Positions 39,685 to 53,075 of a stretch of DNA of 64,000 nucleotides are shown in pieces. This DNA comes from an uncultured delta proteobacterium. Lineage in GTDB: Bacteria > Myxococcota_A > Polyangia > Fen-1088. Location of the stretch: the NCBI GenBank assembly GCA_963737265.1, contig CAVTRY010000018.1:32001-96000 (forward strand). The letters are read 5' to 3'. The translations under genes were made by a program, and so were the position numbers. Each line of letters starts with the position of its first letter. Position 1 is the first letter of the stretch. The notes under the pieces are model-generated. The model worked only from the letters and a program-made list of their open reading frames with translations, ran no database searches and was not told the origin of the DNA.

Positions 39685-42029
39685 ATGAACGAAGCCGAAA
39701 CCCGCGCAGAGCACATCGATCCTGCCCTCGCGGCGGCCGGCTGGGGCGTGGTCGAGGGCAGCCGCGTTCGGCGCGAGTATCCCATCACGCTGGGCCGGCT
39801 GGAGGGGCACGGGCGACGGGGCAAGCCGCTCACGGCCGACTACGTGCTCGTCTATCGCAACACCAACCTGGCCGTGGTCGAGGCCAAGGCTTGGGATCAG
39901 GCGCTGACTGAAGGCGTGGGCCAGTCCAAGAATTACGCCGACAAGCTGGCTATCCGCTTCGCCTACTCAAGCAACGGCCAGGGAGTGTACGGCATCGACA
40001 TGCAGACCGGACGCGAGGGCGAGATCCCCACCTTCCCCACGCCCGACGAGCTCTGGAACCGCACCTTTGCCAAGCAGAACGATTGGCGAGACCGCTTCGC
40101 CGCGGTGCCGTTCCCAGACAAGTCCGGTTCGTGGGATCCGCTTCTACCAAGAGATTGCTCTCAACCGCGTGCTGGAGAAGATCGCCGCGGGCAAAGATCG
40201 CATCCTGCTGACCCTGGCCACGGGCACCGGCAAGACCTCGATCGCCTTTCAGACCGCGTGGAAGCTCTTCCAAGCGCGCTGGAGCCTGGGCGGCGAGCCC
40301 ACCCGCCGGCCGCGCATCCTGTTTCTGGCCGACCGCAATACTCTGGCCAATCAGGCGTTCAACGATTTCACGTCGTTCAACGCCTTTGCCGACGACGCCA
40401 TGGTGCGGGTCAAGCCCGACGACATCCGCAAGAAGGGCAAGGTGCCCAAGAACGCCAACCTGTTCTTCACCATCTTCCAGACCTTCATGAGCGGGCCTGA
40501 AAAGGACGGCAAGCCCTCGCCCTACTTCGGCGACTACCCGCCCGACTTCTTCGACTTCATCGTCATCGACGAGTGCTACCGCGGCGGCGCCAACGACGAG
40601 AGCACCTGGCGCGGCATCCTGGAATACTTCGCCCCGGCCGTGCATCTGGGCCTGACCGCCACGCCCAAACGCAAAGACAACATCGACACCTACAAGTACT
40701 TCGGCGAGCCGGTCTTCATCTACTCGCTCAAGGACGGCATCAACGACGGCTTCCTGACGCCGTTCCGGGTAAAGCAGATCTCCACCACGCTCGACGAATA
40801 CGTCTACACGCCCGACGACAGCCTGATCGAGGGCGACATCGAGGTCGGCAAGCGCTACGTGGAAAAGGACTTCAACAAGGTCATCGAGATCAAAGAGCGC
40901 GAGGCGCACCGGGTGAGGCTGTTCATGGACCAGATCAGCCAGCACGACAAGACCCTGGTCTTCTGCGCCTCGCAGGCTCACGCGTTGGCCGCGCGCGATC
41001 TGGTCAACCAGATGAAGATCAGCAAGGATCCAGGCTACTGCCCACGCGTGACCGCGAACGACGGCGAGCTGGGCGAGGAGAACCTGCGCGCCTTTCAGGA
41101 CAACGAGAAGACCGTCCCGACCATTCTCACCACCTCGCAAAAACTGTCGACCGGTGTGGACGCGCGCAACATCCGCAACATCGTGCTCATGCGCCCCATC
41201 AACTCGATGATCGAGTTCAAGCAGATCATCGGCCGCGGTACGCGCCTGTGCGACGGCAAGGACTACTTCACCATCTACGACTTCGTGAAGGCCCACCACC
41301 ACTTCAGCGACCCCGAGTGGGACGGCGAACCGGTGGAGCCGGAGCCCAGCGAGCCAAAGGCGCCCAAGCCCTATCCGCCCGACGAGCCTGCGCCCAATCC
41401 CCAAATGGCTGACGGCACCGAGGCCAAACCTCGCCCGGCCAGGATCAAGGTCAAGCTCGCCGACGGCAAGGCGCGCACCATCCAGCACATGATGTGCACC
41501 ACCTTCTGGCACCCCGACGGCACGCCCATGTCGGCCCAACAGTTCATGGACCTGCTCTTCGGCAAGCTGCCCCGACTTCTTCAAGAACGAAGCGGAGCTG
41601 CGCGCCCTGTGGAGCGCCCCCGACACCCGCAAGCGCCTGCTCGACGGCCTGGCCGACAAAGGCTTCGGCAAGCTCCAGCTCCGCGAGATGCAGAAGATCA
41701 TCGACGCCGAAAAGAGCGACCTCTTCGACGTGCTGGCCCACGTGGCCTACGCCCTGGCGCCGCTCACCCGCGCAGAGCGCGCCCAGCACGCCAAGGTGGC
41801 CATCAACCACCGTTTCAACAGCAAGCAACATACCTTCCTCGACTTCGTGCTCTCGCACTACGTGGCCGTGGGCGTGGACGAGCTGGACCAAGACAAGCTG
41901 ACCCCGCTCCTGCGCCTGCAATGCCACGACAGCATCGCCGACGCCGTCGCCGACCTAGGCCGCGCCGACGAGATCGGCCGCGTCTTCAGCGGCTTCCAGA
42001 AGCACCTGTACGAACAGGCGGCGGCGTAG
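39685..42029 (+). pseudogene. hsdR: EcoAI/EcoEI-type HsdR with two frameshifts
   Basis: ADYVL, VVEAK, LATGTGKT, DECYRGG, GLTATP, QIIGRGTR; frame breaks near 40135 and 41570. Confidence 0.9.
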
Positions 42030-42247
42030 TAACCGCAATGGTTGAGTTCTCGGCCCCTGTCGCATAGCATTCTGGCAGCGGAGACCAGCTATGAACCATG
42101 ATCGCATCACCCAGCTACGGATCGACCGCCAGGCAGCCAAGCCGGTCAGTTTCATCACCGACGTTCTTTACCGCAGGCACGGCGGCCTGCAGGGTTTGCT
42201 CAGACGTGGGTCGAAGGAGCTCAGTCTGGGAATTGGGCGTGGCCGAT

Positions 42248-42760
42248 CTACAACGACTCGCGCAGCGCCTGGCGGAGACTGGCCTCGACTGCCGGGCTGA
42301 ACGCGACCAGGAGAGCTTGGCCGATGGTCGAACACGCGGGCAGGGTTCGGCGAAGGGTTCGGACGGCGATGCGCGCGGCGCGCTCGACCGGGAAGCAATA
42401 CACGCCGCAACTGATGGCAGGAAATGCGATGGCCTTGATGCCGTTTTGCTCGGCCAGCTTGAGAGCGGTCTCGTAGCACGAGGCAAGCAGCGCATCTTCG
42501 CAGTTCTTACCTCCGTGCCAAACCGGACCCACGGCGTGAATCACATGACGTGCGGGCAGGCGATAGCCTCGCGTGATCTTGGCGCTTCCGGTTTCACATC
42601 CACCCAGCGTGCGGCACTCGGCCAGAAGCTCGGGCCCGGCGGCCTGGTGAATGGCGCCGTCCACGCCGCCGCCGCCCAAGAGCGACGTGTTCGCGGCGTT
42701 GACGATGGCGTCCACATCCAGCTTGGTGATGTCCGCGTTGACGACGGTGATGGAATTCAT
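42248..42760 (-). CDS. Macrodomain O-acetyl-ADP-ribose deacetylase (YmdB-like)
   Basis: [41 protein letters not shown]. Confidence 0.95.
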   Translation of the reverse strand: MNSITVVNADITKLDVDAIVNAANTSLLGGGGVDGAIHQAAGPELLAECRTLGGCETGSAKITRGYRLPARHVIHAVGPVWHGGKNCEDALLASCYETALKLAEQNGIKAIAFPAISCGVYCFPVERAARIAVRTLRRTLPACSTIGQALLVAFSPAVEASLRQALRESL

Positions 42761-42777
42761 GGACGCTGCGACGTCTG

Positions 42778-44406
42778 TCAGAAGTCGTTGGGCGACAGAA
42801 CGCCGGCGCGTGGAACGAACGGCTTTGCGGCACCCGCGGGCGAACGCGTCGCGGGTGGGCGTTTCTGTGGGCTCGCGCCATCGAGGTGCGCGGATTTCGC
42901 GGACACGACCTTGCGTGCCGGCTTGGCAACCGGCATTGCACTGGCTGTCGTCGTGGTGGTTGCGCTCGGCACCTCGCGGGCTGGCTGCCAATCGCTGTTG
43001 TCGGGCGGGAACACAGTGCCAACGGGCGGCGCGGAAACGCTGGCTGGCAAAGCAGCCGGGGTATTCGCACGTTCCATTCCGGCGGGCCGGACGGGAGCGG
43101 CGTTTATGTTTCTGATGCGAGCCCGGCTCGGGTTGGACAGCGCGATCCACGCCACCAGAATGAGAGCGAGGGCGCCTCCGATGGCACGGATGCCCCGCTT
43201 GCGCAAACTGCGTCCGGCGCGAAGGTACCCCGGGTCTTCTGGCTGCGCCTGTCCCTGATCTCGTGCCGTCGGACCGCGGACCGTGACCGCCTCTTCCGCG
43301 TGGGTTCTGATGACCACGACGTCGCGCACCGGCGCCGGCGTCGCCACCGCGGCGGCGGATTTGTAATCTGTCTCGCCCGGTTTTTCGCCGGCTTGCTCGC
43401 TGGCCTGTTCGTCGGCAGCGTCGTCGCTTTGCTCCTCGATCTGGCAACGCACGCCGAGACGATCCAGATCGCCATCGAGGCAGGTCAGGGATTCGGGGCA
43501 GGCGCGCCGGAACAGAAGGGTGGCTTCGGGCGTGGCGAACAGGGCTACGCCGATGGCCCCACCGCCCGCGCCGGTCGGCTTGGCGATTCCCCCCAGCGCC
43601 CGCGCCAGCTCGGACGCGAGCGAGAAGTCATCGGTCATGATGGGGCACCCTGCCTGCGCGGCCACCTTCGCCAGTCGGTCACCATAGCGCCCTGCCGCGA
43701 TCAGTGCGCCAGTGGCGGAGCCCGCAGTCACCTCCTCGACAAAGCGCTGCGCAATATCGCGCAGATTGTCCATGGCCTGTTCGTAGGCAATGGGGTCGCG
43801 AGCGGCGTACTGCTTGACACCTTCAAGCACCTGCCCAGTTGGGATGGAATGGCTGGCCGAGAACAGCACCAGGTGCAGCCCCGTCGGCGCGGCCAGCGGC
43901 TCGATTTGGGGTGAGGCGTCCTTCCGGCGGGCGATCCTAATCAGCCCACCATGGGTTGCCGCGGCCAGATCCGCCCCCGAACCCGCGTTGCCTTGTGCCG
44001 CCCTGCGCGCGCCGTCGGCGATGCCGAGAATCTGGGACTTGCGATCGCGCATGGCGAGGCCGAGCGATTCGAACACGGCACCGATCGTTGCCACGGCGAT
44101 CGCCGCGCTCGTGCCGAAGCCGCTGCGCTCGCTGCCTTGCTGAAAGTCGTCCGTGTTCACCAGCACCGACCCAGCGGGAAGCGCTGCCGCGACATCGCCA
44201 AGCTCGGCCTTGGTTCGCCTGACTATCTCAGCCACCATCGGCGACATGGGATCGGTGCGGGTGGTGAATTGGGCTTTTGCGTGGCGTGTGACCGCCGCCA
44301 ACACGGTACTGCCTTCTTCCAGCACGGCATATTCACCAACCAGGGGAACCTTTCCTGGCGCGATTACCACCGGTGTCCCGAGTGGAGTGTTGTGTTCACC
44401 GTTCAT
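42778..44406 (-). CDS. GHMP kinase (mevalonate/phosphomevalonate kinase-like) fused to a TM helix and Pro/Ala-rich tail
   Basis: [38 protein letters not shown]. Confidence 0.8.
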   Translation of the reverse strand: MNGEHNTPLGTPVVIAPGKVPLVGEYAVLEEGSTVLAAVTRHAKAQFTTRTDPMSPMVAEIVRRTKAELGDVAAALPAGSVLVNTDDFQQGSERSGFGTSAAIAVATIGAVFESLGLAMRDRKSQILGIADGARRAAQGNAGSGADLAAATHGGLIRIARRKDASPQIEPLAAPTGLHLVLFSASHSIPTGQVLEGVKQYAARDPIAYEQAMDNLRDIAQRFVEEVTAGSATGALIAAGRYGDRLAKVAAQAGCPIMTDDFSLASELARALGGIAKPTGAGGGAIGVALFATPEATLLFRRACPESLTCLDGDLDRLGVRCQIEEQSDDAADEQASEQAGEKPGETDYKSAAAVATPAPVRDVVVIRTHAEEAVTVRGPTARDQGQAQPEDPGYLRAGRSLRKRGIRAIGGALALILVAWIALSNPSRARIRNINAAPVRPAGMERANTPAALPASVSAPPVGTVFPPDNSDWQPAREVPSATTTTTASAMPVAKPARKVVSAKSAHLDGASPQKRPPATRSPAGAAKPFVPRAGVLSPNDF

Positions 44407-44767
44407 GAAGGGTCTTGGGCCGTACTTTCGGAAGGGCCACAGCGTGAACTGCGGACGCTGGCGGAAAGTTGGGTCTTGCCGCCGGTTCGACAGAATCGGC
44501 GGACAGCTGCAATTAGGAGCCGCGAAAAGATAACTTGAGCAAAGAGCGTGGCCGAGGCGTCCGGATGGCGAGGAGCGAGGAGCGAGCATACCCGTCGATA
44601 TGTAAGCTACCAGCGACGCAGCCAGCCGGGATGGATCGGCCGCGCACCTGCGAAAGTTATCTTCGAGCGGCGACTTAGTTGGTTGCCGCGAATTGCGCAG
44701 CTCGCTGCGTTTCAGGGGTGCCAGTCAGCGTGATGCTCAATTCGTCCCGGTAGTGTAGCACAAACCG

Positions 44768-46390
44768 TCACGCGCGTAAGCCAGGGGCTTCGTGGCCGCT
44801 GCGGGCGACGTATTCGAGGTAGCCGCCACCGTAGGGAATGACGCCTTCGGGAACCAGCTCGAGCACGCGGTTGGAAAGCCCGGCCAAGAAGCGGCGGTCG
44901 TGTGACACGAACAGCATGGTCGCTTCGAAATCGTGCAGGGCGCCGAGCAGCATTTCCTTGGTGGCGAGATCCAGGTGGTTAGTGGGCTCGTCGAGCACGA
45001 GCAGGTTGGGGCGGTCGTAGAGCAGGCGCGCCATCACCACACGTGCCTTTTCCCCGCCCGACAGAACGCGGCAGACCTTGTCGATGTCGCTGCCGGAAAA
45101 GCCGAAGCAGCCGCCCAGCGACTTGAGCGTTCCCACCGAAGCGAGCGGGAAGGCTTCTTCGAGGGTCTCGTACACCGTCTGGTCGGGATCGAGCAATTCC
45201 ATCGCGTGTTGGGCGAAGTAGCCGAGGCGCACGCCCGCGCCCAACGTGACCCATCCCGCGTCGGGCGAGGTTTCGCCCGCGACCAACTTGAGCAGCGTCG
45301 ACTTGCCCGCGCCGTTGACACCCATCACGCTCCAGCGCTCTTTGCGCCGGATCATCAGGTCCAGGCCGTCGTAGATGATCTTGCTGCCGTAACCCTTGTG
45401 CAGTCCTTCAATCTTGATCACGTCTTCGCCCGAGCGCGGCGCCTCGGGAAATTCGAAGGTGAGCGATCGCCGGCGTCGCGGCGGCTCGACCTTTTCGATC
45501 TTGTCGAGCTTCTTCACTCGCGATTGCACCTGCGCAGCCTTGGCGGCCTGGGCTTTGAAGCGCTCAATGAAACGGATTTCCTTGGCCAGCATGGCCTGCT
45601 GGCGCGCGTACGCGGCTTCGGCCTGCGATTCGTTGAGCGCGCGCTGCTTTTCGTAGAAATCGTAGTCGCCGGAGTACGTGGTGAGAACGCCACCGTCGAT
45701 TTCGATTACCTTGCCGACCACGCGATTCATGAACTCGCGGTCGTGCGTGGTCATCAGCAACGCGCCGTCGTAGCCTTTGAGAAAGCCTTCCAGCCAGATG
45801 ATGGATTCGATGTCGAGGTGGTTGGAGGGCTCGTCGAGCAGCATGACGTTGGGCCGCATGAGCAGAATGCGCGCCAGCGCCACGCGCATCTTCCAGCCGC
45901 CAGACAGATTGCCTACGTCGCCATCCATCATCTCTTGCGAAAAATTGAGGCCCGCCATGATTTCGCGCGCCCGAGCTTCCAGCGCATAGCCGCCGAGCTC
46001 GTCGAAGCGCGCCTGCACGTGACCGAAGCGGTCCACCAGAGCGTCAAGCTCGTCGGCACGCGCGGGATCCGCCATGGCGTGTTCGAGATCGTGCATCTCC
46101 TTGGCCATGGCGGAGACGGGCCCGGCGCCGGCCATGGTCGCGTCGATGGCGGACATGCCCCGCATTTCGCCCACGTCCTGACTGAAGTGGCCGATGGTGA
46201 CGTTGCGGTCGATGGAAATCTGCCCGTCGTCGACGGACTCTTCCCCCATGATGAGCCGGAAGATGGTCGACTTGCCGGCGCCGTTGGGCCCGACGAGACC
46301 AACCTTTTCGCCCCGCAGAAGCACGGCGCTGGCCTCGATGAAGAGGATCTGCGGACCATGCTGCTTGCTGATGTTGTCGAGGCGAATCAC
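44768..46390 (-). CDS. ABC-F family ATPase
   Basis: Two ABC domains (LSGGWKMR, LSGGEKAR), no TM segments. Confidence 0.95.
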   Translation of the reverse strand: MIRLDNISKQHGPQILFIEASAVLLRGEKVGLVGPNGAGKSTIFRLIMGEESVDDGQISIDRNVTIGHFSQDVGEMRGMSAIDATMAGAGPVSAMAKEMHDLEHAMADPARADELDALVDRFGHVQARFDELGGYALEARAREIMAGLNFSQEMMDGDVGNLSGGWKMRVALARILLMRPNVMLLDEPSNHLDIESIIWLEGFLKGYDGALLMTTHDREFMNRVVGKVIEIDGGVLTTYSGDYDFYEKQRALNESQAEAAYARQQAMLAKEIRFIERFKAQAAKAAQVQSRVKKLDKIEKVEPPRRRRSLTFEFPEAPRSGEDVIKIEGLHKGYGSKIIYDGLDLMIRRKERWSVMGVNGAGKSTLLKLVAGETSPDAGWVTLGAGVRLGYFAQHAMELLDPDQTVYETLEEAFPLASVGTLKSLGGCFGFSGSDIDKVCRVLSGGEKARVVMARLLYDRPNLLVLDEPTNHLDLATKEMLLGALHDFEATMLFVSHDRRFLAGLSNRVLELVPEGVIPYGGGYLEYVARSGHEAPGLRA

Positions 46391-46405
46391 GGTGGCGGGG
46401 ATGTA

Positions 46406-49300
<2,895 letters not shown>

Positions 49301-49338
49301 GGTACTTCCCTACGTTTGTCGGCAGTTTGTGCGGGATC

Positions 49339-50526
49339 TCAAGGCCGTAACAAGTCCAGCCGATGGAGTTGCTCCATCAGCTTGGCGCGTTCGATCGGCT
49401 TGACGATGTAGGCGTCGCATTGCTCGCGAAAGGCATCCATGATGTGGCGGCTGTCCTTCATGGATGTCGTCATGATCACCTTGGTCCCCTTGCCGACGGG
49501 AAAGCCGTGCGCTTCTTCGATCTGTCGCAAGGCGTGCAGCGCGGCTTGTCCATCGAGCCGCGGCATCAGGATGTCCAGGCAAATGAGCTGATAGGGATCG
49601 TTCGCCTCCAGCGCCATCTTCACGGCGGCCACCGCTTCCTCGCCGTCGACGGCGACGTGCGACTCGCCGAGGGGGGCCAGGAATTTTTGCAGCATCAGGC
49701 GAGAGGTAAAGTCATCCTCGACGACCAAGGACTTGATCGCGCGCGTCTCGGGGCGGGATGCGGGCGGCGGAGCGTCGAGATAGGTTTTCCTATCCTCGTC
49801 GGAAAGTTCGACGGGCAGGGTAGGATCAAAGATTTGGTCTGCCAGCGCCTGCGCAGCCATCGGCGACGCCACCAGCAGGAGCAGCACCGTTTCCCGCTGT
49901 TTGCGATCGATGTCCGCGAAGACGGGCCGGCGTGCCACCAGGAGGCCGACGGCAGCGATGTCCTCCATAATCGGCAGGGTGTCATACTGATCCCGGGTGA
50001 TTTCGCTGACAACAGACTTCTCGACGAGGTACAGGCGATGGCGGGAGGCGACAGCCCCGCGAAGCGTTTCGGCCTCGCTGCCCGAGAGGCGAAAGGGAAG
50101 CTTGGCGTGGCCGTGCGCCGCCTCGTTGCTCGCCGCCCCTTGGACGGCGTCCCACTTGGAGGTGAGGCGGCCGAGGGCCGCTTCGTCCTCGCCCCGGTGG
50201 GCACCGACGCGAGAAAGTTGGTCCAAGGACGCGAAGGCGAGGTCGAAGAATTCGCCCGCGACGACGAGCTTTCCTTCGCGTATCGAGATGAAGGCTGCTT
50301 CCATGGCATGCACGAAGTGAGCCGCAACCGGCTGGTCGGCCATTCCCAGAGATCCCTTGAGCGAATGGGCCTGCCGCAATATGAGGTGCACTGCCTCAAT
50401 GGGCGCTTTGCCTTCGCGCACGGCCTGTTCCAAGGCGAGGAACAGTTGTTCGAGCTCCGCGACCCGGTCTTTCAGCTCAGAACGCAGAACTTCCAGGTCC
50501 GAGTCGTCGGTGGGAATGTCGGCCAC
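49339..50526 (-). CDS. Hpt domain plus C-terminal receiver protein
   Basis: AHSLKG at the N-terminus; VVEDD, CLDILMP, IVKP. Confidence 0.85.
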   Translation of the reverse strand: MADIPTDDSDLEVLRSELKDRVAELEQLFLALEQAVREGKAPIEAVHLILRQAHSLKGSLGMADQPVAAHFVHAMEAAFISIREGKLVVAGEFFDLAFASLDQLSRVGAHRGEDEAALGRLTSKWDAVQGAASNEAAHGHAKLPFRLSGSEAETLRGAVASRHRLYLVEKSVVSEITRDQYDTLPIMEDIAAVGLLVARRPVFADIDRKQRETVLLLLVASPMAAQALADQIFDPTLPVELSDEDRKTYLDAPPPASRPETRAIKSLVVEDDFTSRLMLQKFLAPLGESHVAVDGEEAVAAVKMALEANDPYQLICLDILMPRLDGQAALHALRQIEEAHGFPVGKGTKVIMTTSMKDSRHIMDAFREQCDAYIVKPIERAKLMEQLHRLDLLRP

Positions 50527-50529
50527 GCT

Positions 50530-50907
50530 TTACCCCAGGTGCGCTGCATTGAGGGCCTTGTGCAGCTCATCGACGCCAAAGGGCTTCAACATGTAGTAGG
50601 TACAGCCCAGCCGCTGTCCCATGGCGAGATCCTCCTGTCGGTGCTCGGAGGTCAGCATGATGACCGGGAGATCCTTGAACCTCGCCTGCCGCTTGACCCG
50701 CTTGAGCAACTCGAAGCCATTCATGTTGGGCATACTCACGTCGGAGAAGACGACATCGTAGTGACGGCCGGCGTTTTCGATCAGCTTGAGGGCATCCGCG
50801 CCATTGGTGGCTTCCTCGATGGCGAAACCGCGTAGCCCGAGCATGATCTTGATCAGCCGCCGGTGTTCGGGCGAATCGTCCACCACCAGCGCGTTTCTTT
50901 TGTCCAT
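50530..50907 (-). CDS. Single-domain response regulator (CheY-like)
   Basis: VVDD, SDVSMPNMNG, MLTS, LKPF. Confidence 0.92.
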   Translation of the reverse strand: MDKRNALVVDDSPEHRRLIKIMLGLRGFAIEEATNGADALKLIENAGRHYDVVFSDVSMPNMNGFELLKRVKRQARFKDLPVIMLTSEHRQEDLAMGQRLGCTYYMLKPFGVDELHKALNAAHLG

Positions 50908-50917
50908 GGCCACGCAA

Positions 50918-51532
50918 CTATCGACCATTGTCGGGCAGAGCTTGAGGCTGGATGTCGCGGGGCGAGCGCACGAGGAGGACGACGAGGTATGCCACCACGA
51001 CCACGTTCACGGCCAGTGAGCCGGCGCGTAGCCAGGTCGCCTTCTTGCAAAGCTCGATAACCTCGAGGGGCACGTAGACCATCCCGCTGGCGGCACCGAG
51101 CCAGGCGGCCCAGCGCCGGCCGCACCACAGCCCGTAGGCCTCGAGAAAGCGCAAGGACGAGTAGACCACACAGAACGCGGCCAGGCCCCACAGCCAGCGG
51201 TCGGTGACCTTGGCGGCAAGATTGAGGAAGAGGCGGGCGTAGTGCGCGGACGGATTGAAGCGTAGATGGTAGACGAGCTCTTCGCATGCCCCCTCCACAT
51301 TGCGATGGACAAGGCCAAGCAAGCCCATGGCCGCCAGCAGAAGCAGCAAGCCCTTCGCCGCCTCGTAGGCGGCGATGGTGCGCAGGCCCGCGGCCTTGAT
51401 GGGGCGGCGTGCTCGGGGAACGTCGCGTGCGAGCTCTACCAAGCGAGCGCGAGCTTTCCGTGCACGGGTGAGACGGGAACGACCATCCGGGCAGTCTACC
51501 TCATGGTTCAGGCTCCGGGCTCCAGGCTTCAA
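50918..51532 (-). CDS. DUF2127-like membrane protein
   Basis: LRTIAAYEAAKG, RFLEAYGLW, YVPLEV; true start probably further downstream. Confidence 0.8.
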   Translation of the reverse strand: MKPGARSLNHEVDCPDGRSRLTRARKARARLVELARDVPRARRPIKAAGLRTIAAYEAAKGLLLLLAAMGLLGLVHRNVEGACEELVYHLRFNPSAHYARLFLNLAAKVTDRWLWGLAAFCVVYSSLRFLEAYGLWCGRRWAAWLGAASGMVYVPLEVIELCKKATWLRAGSLAVNVVVVAYLVVLLVRSPRDIQPQALPDNGR

Positions 51533-51579
51533 GTTGCGCGGTCGGCAGCGGGGGGATCGCCGTATCGAGCAGCGTCGAC

Positions 51580-51939
51580 CTACGGCGCGCGGGTCTCACC
51601 GCGTAGCCATGCAAGGTATGGGGCGTTTCCCTCGACGAGCGGGAGGGCGATGATTTCGGGGACTTGGTAGGGATGGATGGATGTCACGCGGTTGCGGACG
51701 GCGGGGTAAAGGGCACGCCGGGTTTTAAGCACGCACAGAGCTTCCGCTTCGTCGCACAACTTACCTTCCCAAGCGTATATGGAACGTAGGCCGGGCAGGA
51801 TGTTGACACAGGCGACGAGCTTTTCGGCGACGAGCGTCTTGGCCAAAGTGGAGGCCACGTCTTGATTGGGGACGGTGACGAATACGACGACGAAATCGCC
51901 GGGCGAGTCGGCAGCGCTGGGAGATTGACCGGAAGACAT
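51580..51939 (-). CDS. cutA: Divalent-cation tolerance protein CutA
   Basis: LVACVNI, SIYAWEG, HPYQVPEI. Confidence 0.93.
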   Translation of the reverse strand: MSSGQSPSAADSPGDFVVVFVTVPNQDVASTLAKTLVAEKLVACVNILPGLRSIYAWEGKLCDEAEALCVLKTRRALYPAVRNRVTSIHPYQVPEIIALPLVEGNAPYLAWLRGETRAP

Positions 51940-52002
51940 GGGCGCAATGCTACCTCGAAACCGACCGGGCAAAGCTTCCGGCATCGGGTTAACATCGGCG
52001 CC

Positions 52003-52362
52003 ATGCATGAGCTGTCGATTGCCTCCGCAATCCTCGATCGCGTGACGGCCGCTGCCGAGCAAAATGCGGGGGCCCGCGTGACCAAGGTCGGACTGCGCGT
52101 GGGCGAGCTTTCGAGCGTGGATCCTGGTGCTCTCGCCTTCGGCTTTGAAGCCCTGGCCAAAGGCACGAGGCTGGTGGCGGGCGCAGTTCTGGAGATTGAG
52201 TACCGCAAACGCAGGCAGCGTTGCGCGGCCTGCAATCTAGAATTCGAACCCGGCGAAATATCCAGCAACTGCCCCGCCTGCAATGAGGCGGACAGCGTCT
52301 GCATCGCCGGAAACGAGCTCGATATTTCCTTCATCGAAGTAGAGGATCCCCCATGCGCGTAG
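52003..52362 (+). CDS. hypA: Nickel metallochaperone HypA
   Basis: MHELSIA, two CxxC motifs. Confidence 0.95.
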   Translation: MHELSIASAILDRVTAAAEQNAGARVTKVGLRVGELSSVDPGALAFGFEALAKGTRLVAGAVLEIEYRKRRQRCAACNLEFEPGEISSNCPACNEADSVCIAGNELDISFIEVEDPPCA

Positions 52363-53036
52363 AGATCGAAGAAAAAGTGCTGGGCGAAAACGACCGACTG
52401 GCTCGACAACTGCGCGAGCGTTTTCGCACGCACAAGGTTTTCTGCGTGAACCTCATCAGCTCGCCAGGGTCGGGCAAGACGGCGCTGCTCGAACGCACGC
52501 TCGAAGCGCTGCCGCGAACGGCGAGGGTCGCGGTGCTGACCGGCGACATCCAGACCGAGAACGACGCGCGCCGCCTGGCCCGCGCCGGATTCCCCGTCAA
52601 GCAGATCACCACCGGCGGCACCTGCCATCTCGACGCCAGCATGATCATCAAGGCGCTCGACGACTGGGCTCTCGACGTCATTGATGTTCTCTTCATCGAG
52701 AACGTGGGTAACCTGGTTTGCCCCACCAGCTACGATCTGGGCGAACACGCCAAGATCGTGCTCCTCAGCGTCACCGAGGGTGAAGACAAACCACTCAAGT
52801 ACCCATCGATCTTCGCCGCGGCCGAGCTGTGCGTCATCAACAAGGTCGACCTTCTGCCCTACGTCCCTTTCAGTCTGTCCCAAGCCATCGCCAACGCGCG
52901 CCGCATTCATCCCGGCATAGAGATCGTCGAAACCAGCTGCACCAAGCTGCAAGGGTTGACCGAGTGGCTGGCGTGGATCGAGCGCAGGAAGACGCGGGCC
53001 ATGGAGGAGCGCGCGAAGCTTCTGGGTGCGCTGTGA
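52353..53036 (+). CDS. hypB: Nickel-insertion GTPase HypB
   Basis: SSPGSGKT, CHLDA, ENVGNLVCP, NKVD. Confidence 0.95.
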   Translation: MRVEIEEKVLGENDRLARQLRERFRTHKVFCVNLISSPGSGKTALLERTLEALPRTARVAVLTGDIQTENDARRLARAGFPVKQITTGGTCHLDASMIIKALDDWALDVIDVLFIENVGNLVCPTSYDLGEHAKIVLLSVTEGEDKPLKYPSIFAAAELCVINKVDLLPYVPFSLSQAIANARRIHPGIEIVETSCTKLQGLTEWLAWIERRKTRAMEERAKLLGAL

Positions 53037-53056
53037 CTCTGTGACTCTGTGGTGAA
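53031..53056 (+). repeat. Short 9-bp-period repeat
   Basis: CTGTGACTCTGTGACTCTGTGGTGAA between convergent genes. Confidence 0.6.
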
Positions 53057-53075
53057 GACCCGCTGGTCGAAGTCT

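Noticed and set aside
42248-43447. 399-aa ORF suggesting a large macrodomain fusion
   Set aside because: The extension overlaps the GHMP kinase gene in another frame; the macrodomain starts at 42760
44705-44722. CGTTTCAGGG resembling part of the right TIR
   Set aside because: Only about 10 bp match, with no partner repeat or duplication
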